A stretch of 42,160 bases of DNA from an uncultured Candidatus Saccharibacteria bacterium (GCA_964348785.1 CAYGDO010000007.1:1-42160), one strand, 5' to 3'. Shown: positions 19,466-27,817, counted from the first letter of the stretch. Translations and numbers: made by a program. The notes: a model not told the origin generated them from the sequence alone.

Positions 19466-22405
19466 CTACTTTAATCCCATTTTTTCTCTAGTCATCGGTC
19501 CAAAGAGACCAAAAGCTGGCAATCCAACACTTTTTTGATATTTTTTAAGAGCCTCAAAGGTTTTTCTACCAAAATAGTTTGATTCATTTTGAGGAGAACC
19601 GGGACCTTTGATTGAAACAATAAAACCAGATTTATTTAAAAATTTTTGTAATTCTATAATATCTTTCCCTTCATTCCCTATTTTTCTTAAAACAGAAGAA
19701 GGTTTTGTCGAAATAATTTCAGTTTGAAGTAAAGGCAAGGAAACATTTTTTTGTTCTTCATTTTTATTCTCATCATGATAAACCACTCTCCCATCAGGAT
19801 AAATAGTTTGCATTCTTGGTTTGACATAACCTGGCAAAAAAGAAGCGGAGCCTGTAAAAACCGGACCATTGTTGATTGATGTAGTTATAGGGCAACTTGA
19901 AGTGATAAAAGTGGCATCGTCACCATATCCGGTACTTGTAGCATTAGTAGCATATGCCCTTACGTGATATGTGGTAGCACAAGATAATCCGGTAATACTT
20001 GAGGTAAACGCTTCTGCACTGTATGAACCTGTATCAGTTGTGGTTGATGTATATGTAGTTGTTGGACCATAAGCAAAACCTCTTATGGTAATTGTTGCTC
20101 CCCCTGCATTAGAAACTGTGCCGTTAAGTGTTGCTCCTGTAGTTGATAGAGAAGATGCAGTGTCTGTGCTAACTATTGGCGTTGCCACATCAGTGGTGAA
20201 AGACACGATAGAACCATATCCTGTCCCTTCTGTATTAGTAGAGTACGCTCTTACGTAGTATGTGGTGTTGTTTGAAAGACCTGTAATATTTCTTGTAAAA
20301 GAGGTATTCCCTGCAAGAGAACCGAGTGTGGAAGTTGCAATGACAGTAGCTAAAGTTGATGAAGTCCCGTATGCAAAACCATGTTGAGTGGCGTCAACTC
20401 CACCATATGCTGTGACGGTGCCATTTAAAGTAGCGGTAGAAGTAGCGGTTGATGATACTGTGTCTGTGGTGAGAGTGGGAATCGCCACATCAGTGGTAAA
20501 AGAAACAATGGAACCATAACCCGTACCCTCAGTGTTAGTGGAATATGAACGAAAATAGTAAGTAGTATTTGGAGAAAGACTGCTGATGTTGCTAGTGAAA
20601 GTAGTATTACCCGAAAGAGAACCAAGTGTGGAAGTTGCAATAACTGTGGCAAGAGTCGATGAGGTGCCATATGCAAAACCATGCTGAGTGGCATCTACTT
20701 CACCATATGCTGTAACAGTAGCATTCAAAGTTGCAGTTGAGGTTGCCACAGACGAAACCGCATCAGTGGTAAGTGCGGGAATCGAGTACACCGGACAAGC
20801 AGAGGTGGTAAATGTATCACCTGAAAGACTGTAACCAACCCCCCATTCATTCGTAGCATAAGATTTATAATAATAAGTAGTTTCGCAAGATAGACCAGAA
20901 AGAGCACTAGAAAAGCCCCCCGAAACAAATGACCCTGATTCTGTAGTGGTTGCTCCATAGGAAGCGGTGGTGCCATACACAAAGCCCCTGATAGTTGGGT
21001 CGGTATAGACCGTTGACTTTAATATACGACCCTCAGTTGGAGCTACAAATATCTTAGAGCCGTCAGATTTCATAGCAAAACCAGTCCAGAAATTAAAATA
21101 TCGAGCAGCATAAGAAGCAAAATATTCGTATTCAAACCATGACGCACCCCCATCATTAGAAGCAAAAACTTTACTAAAATTCACATCAGAGATAATAATA
21201 GTTTGACCGTCATCTGAAATTGCACTGTCATTCCACCAATAAGACCCTCCCAAAGCATTTCTCTCTGTCCAACTTGTTCCACTATTTGTTGAAGTGTATA
21301 TGCTTGTTGTATTTCCTGCGACAACCATCTTTGTCCCATCAGAAGAAATATCAACAGTCTCCCAAGTGTTCAAACCTAATTCTGCATTTGGAGTCCAAGT
21401 AGTACCAGAATTACTTGAAGTATATACATAACCATCAGCGCTTGCGGCGATTAAGATCTGCCCATTAGCAGAAGAAGCGACGTCAATCCACGGAGTACTG
21501 TCGCTTCGCGCCGTCCAATTAACCCCACCGTCGGTTGAAACATAAATATAATCATTTGTATTACATGCAATAAGGCAGAGACCGTCTCCACCAGCTGTCG
21601 CAACAATAGTAAGACCATCTGAAGATATAGAAACACTTGACCAAGCCCTCGCACCTGAATTAGTCTGTTCTGTCCAATTAACCCCACCGTCGGTTGAGGT
21701 GAAAATATTTCCCGAATATTGAACAGCTGCCAATTTTGAGCCATCAGCAGAAATTGCAACCGCCACCCAAGATCGATTTAAATCGTACAATCGTGTAGTC
21801 CACGTCTCACCTCCATCACTTGAAGTGTATATATAATAATCATAAATAACGCCGACAAGTTTCAAACCATCCGCGGAAGAGGCAACATCAAACCAAGCAC
21901 TTGAAACAGATCCTGTGTCTTCCCAATAATTACCACTATTTGAAAAAAGTGTTCCATTCAAAGTCGCCGCAGCGTGAGTGAGAGATGATTCGTTTGAAGT
22001 CGTCAAATAAGGTGCAGCTGATTTAAGTGTTGTAAATGAGCGAGTTACACCGTAAGCTGTCCCGCTTGGATTTGTTATAAAAGCCCGAACATAATATGTT
22101 GTACTCGCATGTAGACCACTCAACACACTAGCAGAACTACCGCTCCCCGATATAATTGCAAGTGTGCTTGTAGCAATTACCTGAGTAGTGAATGTAGCAT
22201 CAAAACCATAAATTATTCCAACACTTGCTGATACCCCACCCGTACTTGAAATAGTAATCCCTGCTACTGCAGATTGACTCAAAATACTATAAGGTGCGTC
22301 CGTTGTAACAACACCCAAAACAGCAAAAACAAAAAGGGGAACAAGAAACACAATCAAAAATGTTAATGCGAATCTGTTAGTATTAAAATATTTTTTTAAA
22401 CACAT
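19466..22405 (-). CDS. large secreted surface protein: FN3-like repeats, 7-blade Asp-box propeller, C-terminal peptidoglycan-binding domain
   Basis: Signal-like N-terminus; five TTYY.R.Y..N...GYG repeats; SxDGGxxW Asp-boxes; C-terminal DIIELQKFLN...FGRKT.EALKKYQ...GLFGPMTR. Confidence 0.88.
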   Translation of the reverse strand: MCLKKYFNTNRFALTFLIVFLVPLFVFAVLGVVTTDAPYSILSQSAVAGITISSTGGVSASVGIIYGFDATFTTQVIATSTLAIISGSGSSASVLSGLHASTTYYVRAFITNPSGTAYGVTRSFTTLKSAAPYLTTSNESSLTHAAATLNGTLFSNSGNYWEDTGSVSSAWFDVASSADGLKLVGVIYDYYIYTSSDGGETWTTRLYDLNRSWVAVAISADGSKLAAVQYSGNIFTSTDGGVNWTEQTNSGARAWSSVSISSDGLTIVATAGGDGLCLIACNTNDYIYVSTDGGVNWTARSDSTPWIDVASSANGQILIAASADGYVYTSSNSGTTWTPNAELGLNTWETVDISSDGTKMVVAGNTTSIYTSTNSGTSWTERNALGGSYWWNDSAISDDGQTIIISDVNFSKVFASNDGGASWFEYEYFASYAARYFNFWTGFAMKSDGSKIFVAPTEGRILKSTVYTDPTIRGFVYGTTASYGATTTESGSFVSGGFSSALSGLSCETTYYYKSYATNEWGVGYSLSGDTFTTSACPVYSIPALTTDAVSSVATSTATLNATVTAYGEVDATQHGFAYGTSSTLATVIATSTLGSLSGNTTFTSNISSLSPNTTYYFRSYSTNTEGTGYGSIVSFTTDVAIPTLTTDTVSSTATSTATLNGTVTAYGGVDATQHGFAYGTSSTLATVIATSTLGSLAGNTSFTRNITGLSNNTTYYVRAYSTNTEGTGYGSIVSFTTDVATPIVSTDTASSLSTTGATLNGTVSNAGGATITIRGFAYGPTTTYTSTTTDTGSYSAEAFTSSITGLSCATTYHVRAYATNATSTGYGDDATFITSSCPITTSINNGPVFTGSASFLPGYVKPRMQTIYPDGRVVYHDENKNEEQKNVSLPLLQTEIISTKPSSVLRKIGNEGKDIIELQKFLNKSGFIVSIKGPGSPQNESNYFGRKTFEALKKYQKSVGLPAFGLFGPMTREKMGLK
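20200..20790. repeat. 300-nt tandem duplication within the surface protein gene
   Basis: ATGCAAAACCATG at 20371 and 20671; the two 100-aa units are nearly identical; limits approximate. Confidence 0.9.
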
Positions 22406-22465
22406 AAAATAAGAATTTCTTAAAAAATTCCGTCACTCTATTATAAATTATAGTAATTTATTTAA

Positions 22466-23128
22466 CTAATTTTTTCCTCTCCACTCTTCTATTTTTTTGT
22501 GGTTCCCTGACAAAAGCACTTTAGGAACTTTATAATTTTTTCCTTTATATTTAAAGCTTTCCGGTCTTGTGTAAACTTCTTCACTTGCGACCCTATTTTC
22601 CTCAACTGATTCGAAATCACCCAAAATTCCAGGAATTTGTCTTGCTATAGAATCTATCATAATCATAGTTGGCAATTCACCACCAGTTAAAACATAAGGG
22701 CCTACTGAATAATCAATAGTCTTAAAAATTTTTTTGACTCTACTATCAATACCCTCGTATCTACCACAAATAATAACCACATCTTTTTCTTCGCTTAATT
22801 TTTTCGCTTCAAGATTAGTAAACTGCTTTCCTCTATTTGTAGTCCAAATTATTTTTAATTTTTGATTTTTAATTTTTGATTTTGCATATTCAATTGCTCT
22901 TATCACTGGCTCCGCCTGTATAACCATCCCAGGGCCCCCGCCATATGGTTTTTTATCTATCCTGCTTTCTGAGCGAGTTAATTTTTTACCTTTTTTTATA
23001 GAAACAAAATCTCTTGGATTTATAAAAACTACTTTTATTTTTTTATCTTCAATAGCACGTTTTAAAATAGACTCTTTTAAATAAGAATCCATAGACTGCG
23101 GGAATAAAGTTATTACATAAAAAGTCAT
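22466..23128 (-). CDS. trmD: tRNA (guanine-N1)-methyltransferase
   Basis: KPYGGGPGM, CGRYEGIDSRV, GPYVLTGGE, YTRP. Confidence 0.97.
   Translation of the reverse strand: MTFYVITLFPQSMDSYLKESILKRAIEDKKIKVVFINPRDFVSIKKGKKLTRSESRIDKKPYGGGPGMVIQAEPVIRAIEYAKSKIKNQKLKIIWTTNRGKQFTNLEAKKLSEEKDVVIICGRYEGIDSRVKKIFKTIDYSVGPYVLTGGELPTMIMIDSIARQIPGILGDFESVEENRVASEEVYTRPESFKYKGKNYKVPKVLLSGNHKKIEEWRGKN
22853..22880. repeat. heptamer tandem inside trmD
   Basis: TTTTAAT TTTTGAT TTTTAAT TTTTGAT, encoding SKIKNQKLK. Confidence 0.8.
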
Positions 23129-23131
23129 AGA

Positions 23132-23716
23132 TTAATTCTTATTTTCTGAATCTAAAATACCACGTTCCTCTTTATCAATTTCAAAAAAACCATACTTTTT
23201 ATATCCAAAAGTTTTAGCCACAATCATATCTGGGAAAGACCCTATTCTAGAATTAAAAATGCCTATTGAGTTATTAAAAAGCTCACGTCTATCGGCTATT
23301 TGCATTTCAAGTTCAGACAATCGATTTTGTAAGTTCAAAAATTGCTCAGATGCTTTCAAATTTGGATAAGCTTCAGCTAAAATATTAAGCTCTTTCGCAT
23401 ATCCTCCTAAAATTTCATCAAACCTTGTTTTTTCTTCAAAGTTAAGATTCTTATCTTTTAGATTAATATTAAAATACCGTCCTCTAAGTTGAGCTAATTT
23501 TTCTAAAATACCACCTTCGTACTTTATATAACCTTTGCATACGTTTATAAGTTGAGGTATTTCATCAAACCTCTGTTTTAACAAAACATTTATATTGGAC
23601 TCGGCTCTTTCAATGTTATTTTTAATGGCAATAAGACTGTTAAAAATAACAACAAAATAAATTAAACTGCACAACAAAACGCCGAAGGATACTATATAAA
23701 ATAATGTAGTCAACAT
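23132..23716 (-). CDS. lemA: LemA family protein
   Basis: N-terminal TM, LKQRFDEIP.L, EAYPNLKAS..FL.LQ, I...R..FN. Confidence 0.93.
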   Translation of the reverse strand: MLTTLFYIVSFGVLLCSLIYFVVIFNSLIAIKNNIERAESNINVLLKQRFDEIPQLINVCKGYIKYEGGILEKLAQLRGRYFNINLKDKNLNFEEKTRFDEILGGYAKELNILAEAYPNLKASEQFLNLQNRLSELEMQIADRRELFNNSIGIFNSRIGSFPDMIVAKTFGYKKYGFFEIDKEERGILDSENKN

Positions 23717-23729
23717 AAAAATATTTAAA

Positions 23730-24575
23730 TCAAATTAAATCATAATTTTTCAATAAAAAATACCCAAAAATTAACGAAAGCACTATGGCAATAACCAAAG
23801 TTGAAACTGAAGCTATACCACTCAAAATATATGATGCCAAAACTAAACCTGAGTTTATAAGAATAACTCCTAATAAAATCAACAACGTGGTTTTTATGGA
23901 AAACCTATTTTTTTTGACTCCCCTAAGCACAGAAAGAGAATCAGAATTTTTGATAATTAACTCATTCCCAACACTACTATCATTTTTAACATCTTTTTTA
24001 GGAACAGCTTCTGCAATAATTTCTACCTCATCTTCCAACCTTACGACGCATTCCTCTAATTTAAAAATTTTCTTACCTGGAAAAGTAATACCGAACAATT
24101 TATTACTATAATCAAAATTTATTTCCTTTAACTTATTTTCAACGTCAACGGGTATAGACGAAAAAAAATGTTTTCTATTTACAAACGAGTAGGAAGGCGC
24201 AACATCAATTTCAAAACCATCAGGATCAAATTCTATTCTCTGGTCTCCATCATTTATAAATAAGTTTTGCCAAAAACCCAAAAACACAACTTTCCTCCAA
24301 CCAAAAAGAGAACGGCCAGGAGTGAATACTGATAATATTTTCAAAGGTCCTTCTGTTTTCCCAAAAAAACCCTTACGCAAAAAATTAGATTCTAATTTAC
24401 CTCTTAATTTTACAATCCCAGCACTAATAGATCTAATTTTTGAAATGGGTAATTCCATAAAACCCCTTTCTCTCTTTAAAGAAGCAAATCCCCAATACAA
24501 GACAAAAAAACCAAATATGACTAAGCGGACCGCGTGGCGAATTTTATCCGGAGACAAGTTTGGTATATCTTCCAT
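23730..24575 (-). CDS. LemA-associated membrane protein (GIDE-like)
   Basis: N-terminal TM, PISKIRSISAGIVKLRG motif, C-terminal TMs, directly upstream of lemA; family call is from memory. Confidence 0.55.
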   Translation of the reverse strand: MEDIPNLSPDKIRHAVRLVIFGFFVLYWGFASLKRERGFMELPISKIRSISAGIVKLRGKLESNFLRKGFFGKTEGPLKILSVFTPGRSLFGWRKVVFLGFWQNLFINDGDQRIEFDPDGFEIDVAPSYSFVNRKHFFSSIPVDVENKLKEINFDYSNKLFGITFPGKKIFKLEECVVRLEDEVEIIAEAVPKKDVKNDSSVGNELIIKNSDSLSVLRGVKKNRFSIKTTLLILLGVILINSGLVLASYILSGIASVSTLVIAIVLSLIFGYFLLKNYDLI

Positions 24576-24639
24576 ATTTATATTAAATAATAAAAATCAT
24601 TTTTTAGCAAATAAAGGATACCCAGCCACAGCTCTACAT

Positions 24640-24665
24640 AAAAAAACCGCCCCATTCCTGAGCGG
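24640..24665 (-). terminator. intrinsic terminator of the GNAT gene
   Basis: CCGCUC/GGGCGG stem followed by 7 U, 10 nt after the stop. Confidence 0.7.
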
Positions 24666-24675
24666 ATAAAAAATG

Positions 24676-25146
24676 TCACAGTTCCAGTTTCAAATGAGTG
24701 GAATTAAGGTATCCATCCACGAAACCAAAACTTCGGTAAAATCGTCCGAGGTGAATTTTGTCAGTATCGTAAGTTAACCTCAAACGCTCGCAACCGACTT
24801 CCCTTGCCTTTTGGATAAGGGCTTCCACCAAAGATCTCCCAACCCCACGACGTTGGAATTGTTCCTTGGTCACCACTCGTTCCAAATTTCCCAATACCTT
24901 GTCAATTGAACAGCGCACGCTCAAAGACGCAATGCCAACTATAGAACGGTCGTTGTTGACATCTCTCGCCACACAAAGCCAACCTCCAGATGAAAAAAAT
25001 CTTCTAACTCGTTCCAGACTTATTGCTTGCTTTGAGCCACGAAGTTCCAAATGAAGCGAACGAATATCTTCAAAATCTTTCCGTGATCTTTCGTCCATTT
25101 CCGCTGGCATTTGCCAGAACTCAATTTCAAAGACTTTAGTTTTCAT
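24676..25146 (-). CDS. GNAT family N-acetyltransferase
   Basis: VVTKEQFQRRGVGRSL acetyl-CoA motif A; FYRSFGF. Confidence 0.92.
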   Translation of the reverse strand: MKTKVFEIEFWQMPAEMDERSRKDFEDIRSLHLELRGSKQAISLERVRRFFSSGGWLCVARDVNNDRSIVGIASLSVRCSIDKVLGNLERVVTKEQFQRRGVGRSLVEALIQKAREVGCERLRLTYDTDKIHLGRFYRSFGFVDGYLNSTHLKLEL

Positions 25147-25197
25147 TTCTGGGCTAATTATTTCTATTAAAAAAATAACATTTTAAAAAAGGGAGTC

Positions 25198-25227
25198 AAG
25201 AAAAAGCCCCCAAAGGGGCTTTTTCTT
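25198..25227 (-). terminator. terminator after khpA
   Basis: 13-bp perfect IR AAGAAAAAGCCCC/GGGGCTTTTTCTT. Confidence 0.8.
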
Positions 25228-25246
25228 TTAAATTTCAATTTAGAAA

Positions 25247-25561
25247 TTATAGTTTCAAGTCTTCCATCGCCTCGTCTACTGTCTTGTCTGTTCTATCCAT
25301 TCTTGGGGCTGCTCCCTCTGGTTCGTTAATCTTGAGATTAACTCTTGCGTTGTTTTTCATACCTACAACACGAAGAAGGGTTCTAATGGCCTTGGCTGTA
25401 TTGCCTGAACGGCCTATTACCTTTCCCATATCGGCTGGATTAACTGACAAAGAAAGTAGAACGCCCATTTCATCTACAGTCCTTGCGATTTTTACATCGT
25501 TTGGATTGTCGACAAGTCCTTTGACGAGATACTCGAGAAATTGTGCGTCTGCTTCTGACAT
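25247..25561 (-). CDS. khpA: KH-domain RNA-binding protein KhpA
   Basis: LVDNPNDV, DMGKVIGRSGNTAKAIRTLL; start moved to ATG 25561. Confidence 0.93.
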   Translation of the reverse strand: MSEADAQFLEYLVKGLVDNPNDVKIARTVDEMGVLLSLSVNPADMGKVIGRSGNTAKAIRTLLRVVGMKNNARVNLKINEPEGAAPRMDRTDKTVDEAMEDLKL

Positions 25562-25660
25562 CTTAGTTTTCTGTTTCAAATCTTTCTTAAACTGCAGTTC
25601 CGACCGGTGCATCACGCAACCCAAAACTGCTCGATAGATAGTATCATACTAAATAAATAT

Positions 25661-25689
25661 AAAAAAGCCCCAGTAGATTTCTAGGGCTT
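25661..25689 (-). terminator. terminator after the glutamate kinase gene
   Basis: AAGCCCUAG/CUGGGGCUU stem followed by a U tract. Confidence 0.75.
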
Positions 25690-25700
25690 GTAAAAGAAAA

Positions 25701-26513
25701 TCAACTGGCCAAAATATTTCTAGTGCCAATCAAAGTTCCTTTTGTACCTTTGGAAAAACAATCAATTAAATTTGTATCTTCAATTCCACATATTACGACC
25801 CTCATCCCCCTCTTGTGGCAACGCAAAGCAGAAGCAATTTTTGATCTCATGCCACCCGTACCCATGTTACCAACACCTTTTTCAAAAAGATGTTGGGGCA
25901 CGTTCTTAAAATCTATTTCTCTATACATCAAACTTTTAGGATTTTCGATAGGGTTACTTTGAAATACCCCGCCTATCTCTGTAACAAAGAAAACATCTTG
26001 AGGAAGAGTAAGTAAGGCAATCATTGAAGCCAGCCAATCATTATCGCTACCACCCTTCTCCATAGAACGTAATTCTGTATCAGAAACAACGTCGTTCTCA
26101 TTCACGATTGGCACTATTCCCAAACCCAGACTTTCTTCCAGAGATTTTTGGATACTGCATCTTTCTGAATCCTGAAACAAATTCCGATATGTAAGCCAAA
26201 GCTGAGCGACATCTATACCGTGCTTAAGAAAAATATCACCCCAAAAATTCAACAAATGACGCGCTCCAAGACCAGCCAAAATTCTTTTTGAAAAGTGTCC
26301 GGAGTCTAATCCCCGTTTTTTCAAGGCAAAACGTCCAGAAGCCACTGCTCCAGAAGTCACGACTATGACTTCCTTCCCTAAATCCATCATTTGAGCAATT
26401 TGAGAAGAAAGATTTTCAAAATTTATCATTCTTGGCTTTCCGTCTGCACTAAACAAAACTCTCGTGCCCACCTTGATCACAACCCTAGATTGATTCAAAT
26501 TTTTCTTTTTCAT
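25701..26513 (-). CDS. proB: glutamate 5-kinase-like amino acid kinase, no PUA domain
   Basis: VIKVGT, VTSGAV, PIVNENDVV, DNDWLA, GTGGMRSK; start ATG 26513 with AAGGA upstream. Confidence 0.82.
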   Translation of the reverse strand: MKKKNLNQSRVVIKVGTRVLFSADGKPRMINFENLSSQIAQMMDLGKEVIVVTSGAVASGRFALKKRGLDSGHFSKRILAGLGARHLLNFWGDIFLKHGIDVAQLWLTYRNLFQDSERCSIQKSLEESLGLGIVPIVNENDVVSDTELRSMEKGGSDNDWLASMIALLTLPQDVFFVTEIGGVFQSNPIENPKSLMYREIDFKNVPQHLFEKGVGNMGTGGMRSKIASALRCHKRGMRVVICGIEDTNLIDCFSKGTKGTLIGTRNILAS

Positions 26514-26596
26514 TTTTCCTTTCAAAGAACTGAACTTGATTTCGAGAAGGCTTTATACCGTTCTCGTGAAAGTTAAGGAGAGCCAAACTTGCACAA

Positions 26597-26642
26597 AAAA
26601 ATTATAAAACCGCCCCAATCGTGGAGCGGTTTTATAATTTTT
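26597..26642. terminator. strong bidirectional terminator after rpsP
   Basis: 17-bp perfect IR AAAAATTATAAAACCGC/GCGGTTTTATAATTTTT. Confidence 0.85.
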
Positions 26643-26676
26643 ATTTATCTTTTATATATACAAAATACCACCCCAC

Positions 26677-27030
26677 CTAATTAGCTGGGGTTGGAGGTAC
26701 AGAAGCCTCTACTTTCTTTTCTGCCGGAGCATTCTTTGCCTCCTTTCTTTTTGAGACGGCCATTTTTCTCGGTAAAACGTTTATTTTCTTTCCAGAAATT
26801 ATTTTCTTTTCAACTAAAAAATTGTGAACAGTTCCTGTAACTTGTGCACCTTTTGAAATCCAATATTTAACTCTGTCAGCGTCAACTTCTTTTATTTTGG
26901 AAACCGGATTATATGAACCTAAAATTTCTAAAAACTTACCGCTTTTTGTGCTATTTTTTGAGTCAGTAACAAGCACCCTAAATACAGGGATATTCTTTCT
27001 GCCGACTCTTTGTAATCTAATCTTCAACAT
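26677..27030 (-). CDS. rpsP: 30S ribosomal protein S16
   Basis: MLKIRLQRVGRKNIPVFRVLV, EILGSYNP, WISKGAQ; start moved to ATG 27030. Confidence 0.97.
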   Translation of the reverse strand: MLKIRLQRVGRKNIPVFRVLVTDSKNSTKSGKFLEILGSYNPVSKIKEVDADRVKYWISKGAQVTGTVHNFLVEKKIISGKKINVLPRKMAVSKRKEAKNAPAEKKVEASVPPTPAN

Positions 27031-27037
27031 GGCAAAC

Positions 27038-27066
27038 AAGATACCACAGTAATATTTTTTTTGCAA
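27038..27066 (-). promoter_or_regulatory. rpsP promoter, leaderless geometry
   Basis: TTGCAA, 17 nt, TGn-TATCTT ending 7 nt before the ATG. Confidence 0.6.
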
Positions 27067-27092
27067 ACTTTAAATTACCATTTTTTGAGTAT

Positions 27093-27118
27093 AAAAAACC
27101 CGAGATCTTACACCCGGG
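27093..27118 (-). terminator. terminator of the 27128-27454 gene
   Basis: CCCGGG/CUCGGG stem plus 6 U. Confidence 0.75.
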
Positions 27119-27127
27119 GAGCTAGCT

Positions 27128-27454
27128 TCAATCGCAAGAATCCCAGAATTTAGAATCAAATCTGGAATAACGCCTGATAATTTTTCTCTCATATTCATCC
27201 AACTCTCCACGCTTAGCCCGACATTCAATACATTGACACCGAGAGAGATTCCTACAAACACAAAAACAAAAAGCGAACATTAATATAAGTCCAAAGATTG
27301 CCACCCCCAACCCTGTATAAAAAAACTTTTCAGGATCTGTTAGCTCTTCAAACCTATGTTCTGATGGTCCACTGCCCGCGGATTGTGCAAAAACAGAAGT
27401 GAGACTCAAGCAAAAAACCAAAAAGGCCAGTCCAATGTTTCGCGAAGTCTTCAT
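27128..27454 (-). CDS. small hypothetical membrane protein with Cys-rich tail
   Basis: Signal peptide-like start, one TM, CFCVCRNLSRCQCIEC; own promoter and terminator. Confidence 0.75.
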   Translation of the reverse strand: MKTSRNIGLAFLVFCLSLTSVFAQSAGSGPSEHRFEELTDPEKFFYTGLGVAIFGLILMFAFCFCVCRNLSRCQCIECRAKRGELDEYERKIIRRYSRFDSKFWDSCD

Positions 27455-27530
27455 ATCGCTTCCTAATCTCTCCAGTTAGTTGTTAGTGAAGATTTTATAT
27501 TACAAAAATCTTCGTACGTTTTCTAAAAAT

Positions 27531-27559
27531 ATTATAAATGAAAATACATGTCGTGTCAA
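27531..27559 (-). promoter_or_regulatory. perfect consensus sigma70 promoter
   Basis: TTGACA (27559-27554), 17 nt, TATAAT (27536-27531). Confidence 0.85.
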
Positions 27560-27601
27560 TTTTTTAGTTTGTAATAAAACTTAGAAGCTTATAGTTTTTA
27601 A

Positions 27602-27759
27602 AGCGGTATGTACAAGGACGACTTTCTCAAGGTCAATTGGGCTGGAACCAAAAACCGCAAACCTCGCGAAAATAAAAACTCCGGCAACACTGCCAAAGAA
27701 AGCCTTCTGGATTAGTCCCGCCCCCATCATTCGCAAGCCACCAATAAGGTGGCTTTTTT
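27602..27759 (+). ncRNA. putative small RNA or 35-aa sORF transcript
   Basis: GC-richer island between -10-like TATAGT (27590) and terminator 27735-27759; ends complementary; sORF 27608-27715. Confidence 0.4.
27735..27759 (+). terminator. plus-strand intrinsic terminator
   Basis: AAGCCACC/GGTGGCTT stem then T tract; U tract only on the plus strand. Confidence 0.8.
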
Positions 27760-27817
27760 ATCCGCCAGCTGACCGACGACAGTCTACATTTTGGATATTT
27801 GATTTTTAATTTTTGAT

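Noticed and set aside
19687-21759. Several 60-102 aa ORFs within the surface protein gene
   Set aside because: Off-frame by-products of Thr/Ser-rich repetitive coding; no independent signals.
25284-25637. 117-aa plus-strand ORF and the longer 25624 start of khpA
   Set aside because: The ORF is the antisense shadow of khpA; the extended N-terminus falls in the predicted leader hairpin.
27600-27790. tmRNA, RNase P RNA or SRP RNA identity for the intergenic island
   Set aside because: No proper T-arm plus CCA end or tag frame, no GAGGAAAGUCC P4 pairing, and no SRP loop motif. CCGCCAGCT and GAGAAAGTC are only short look-alikes.
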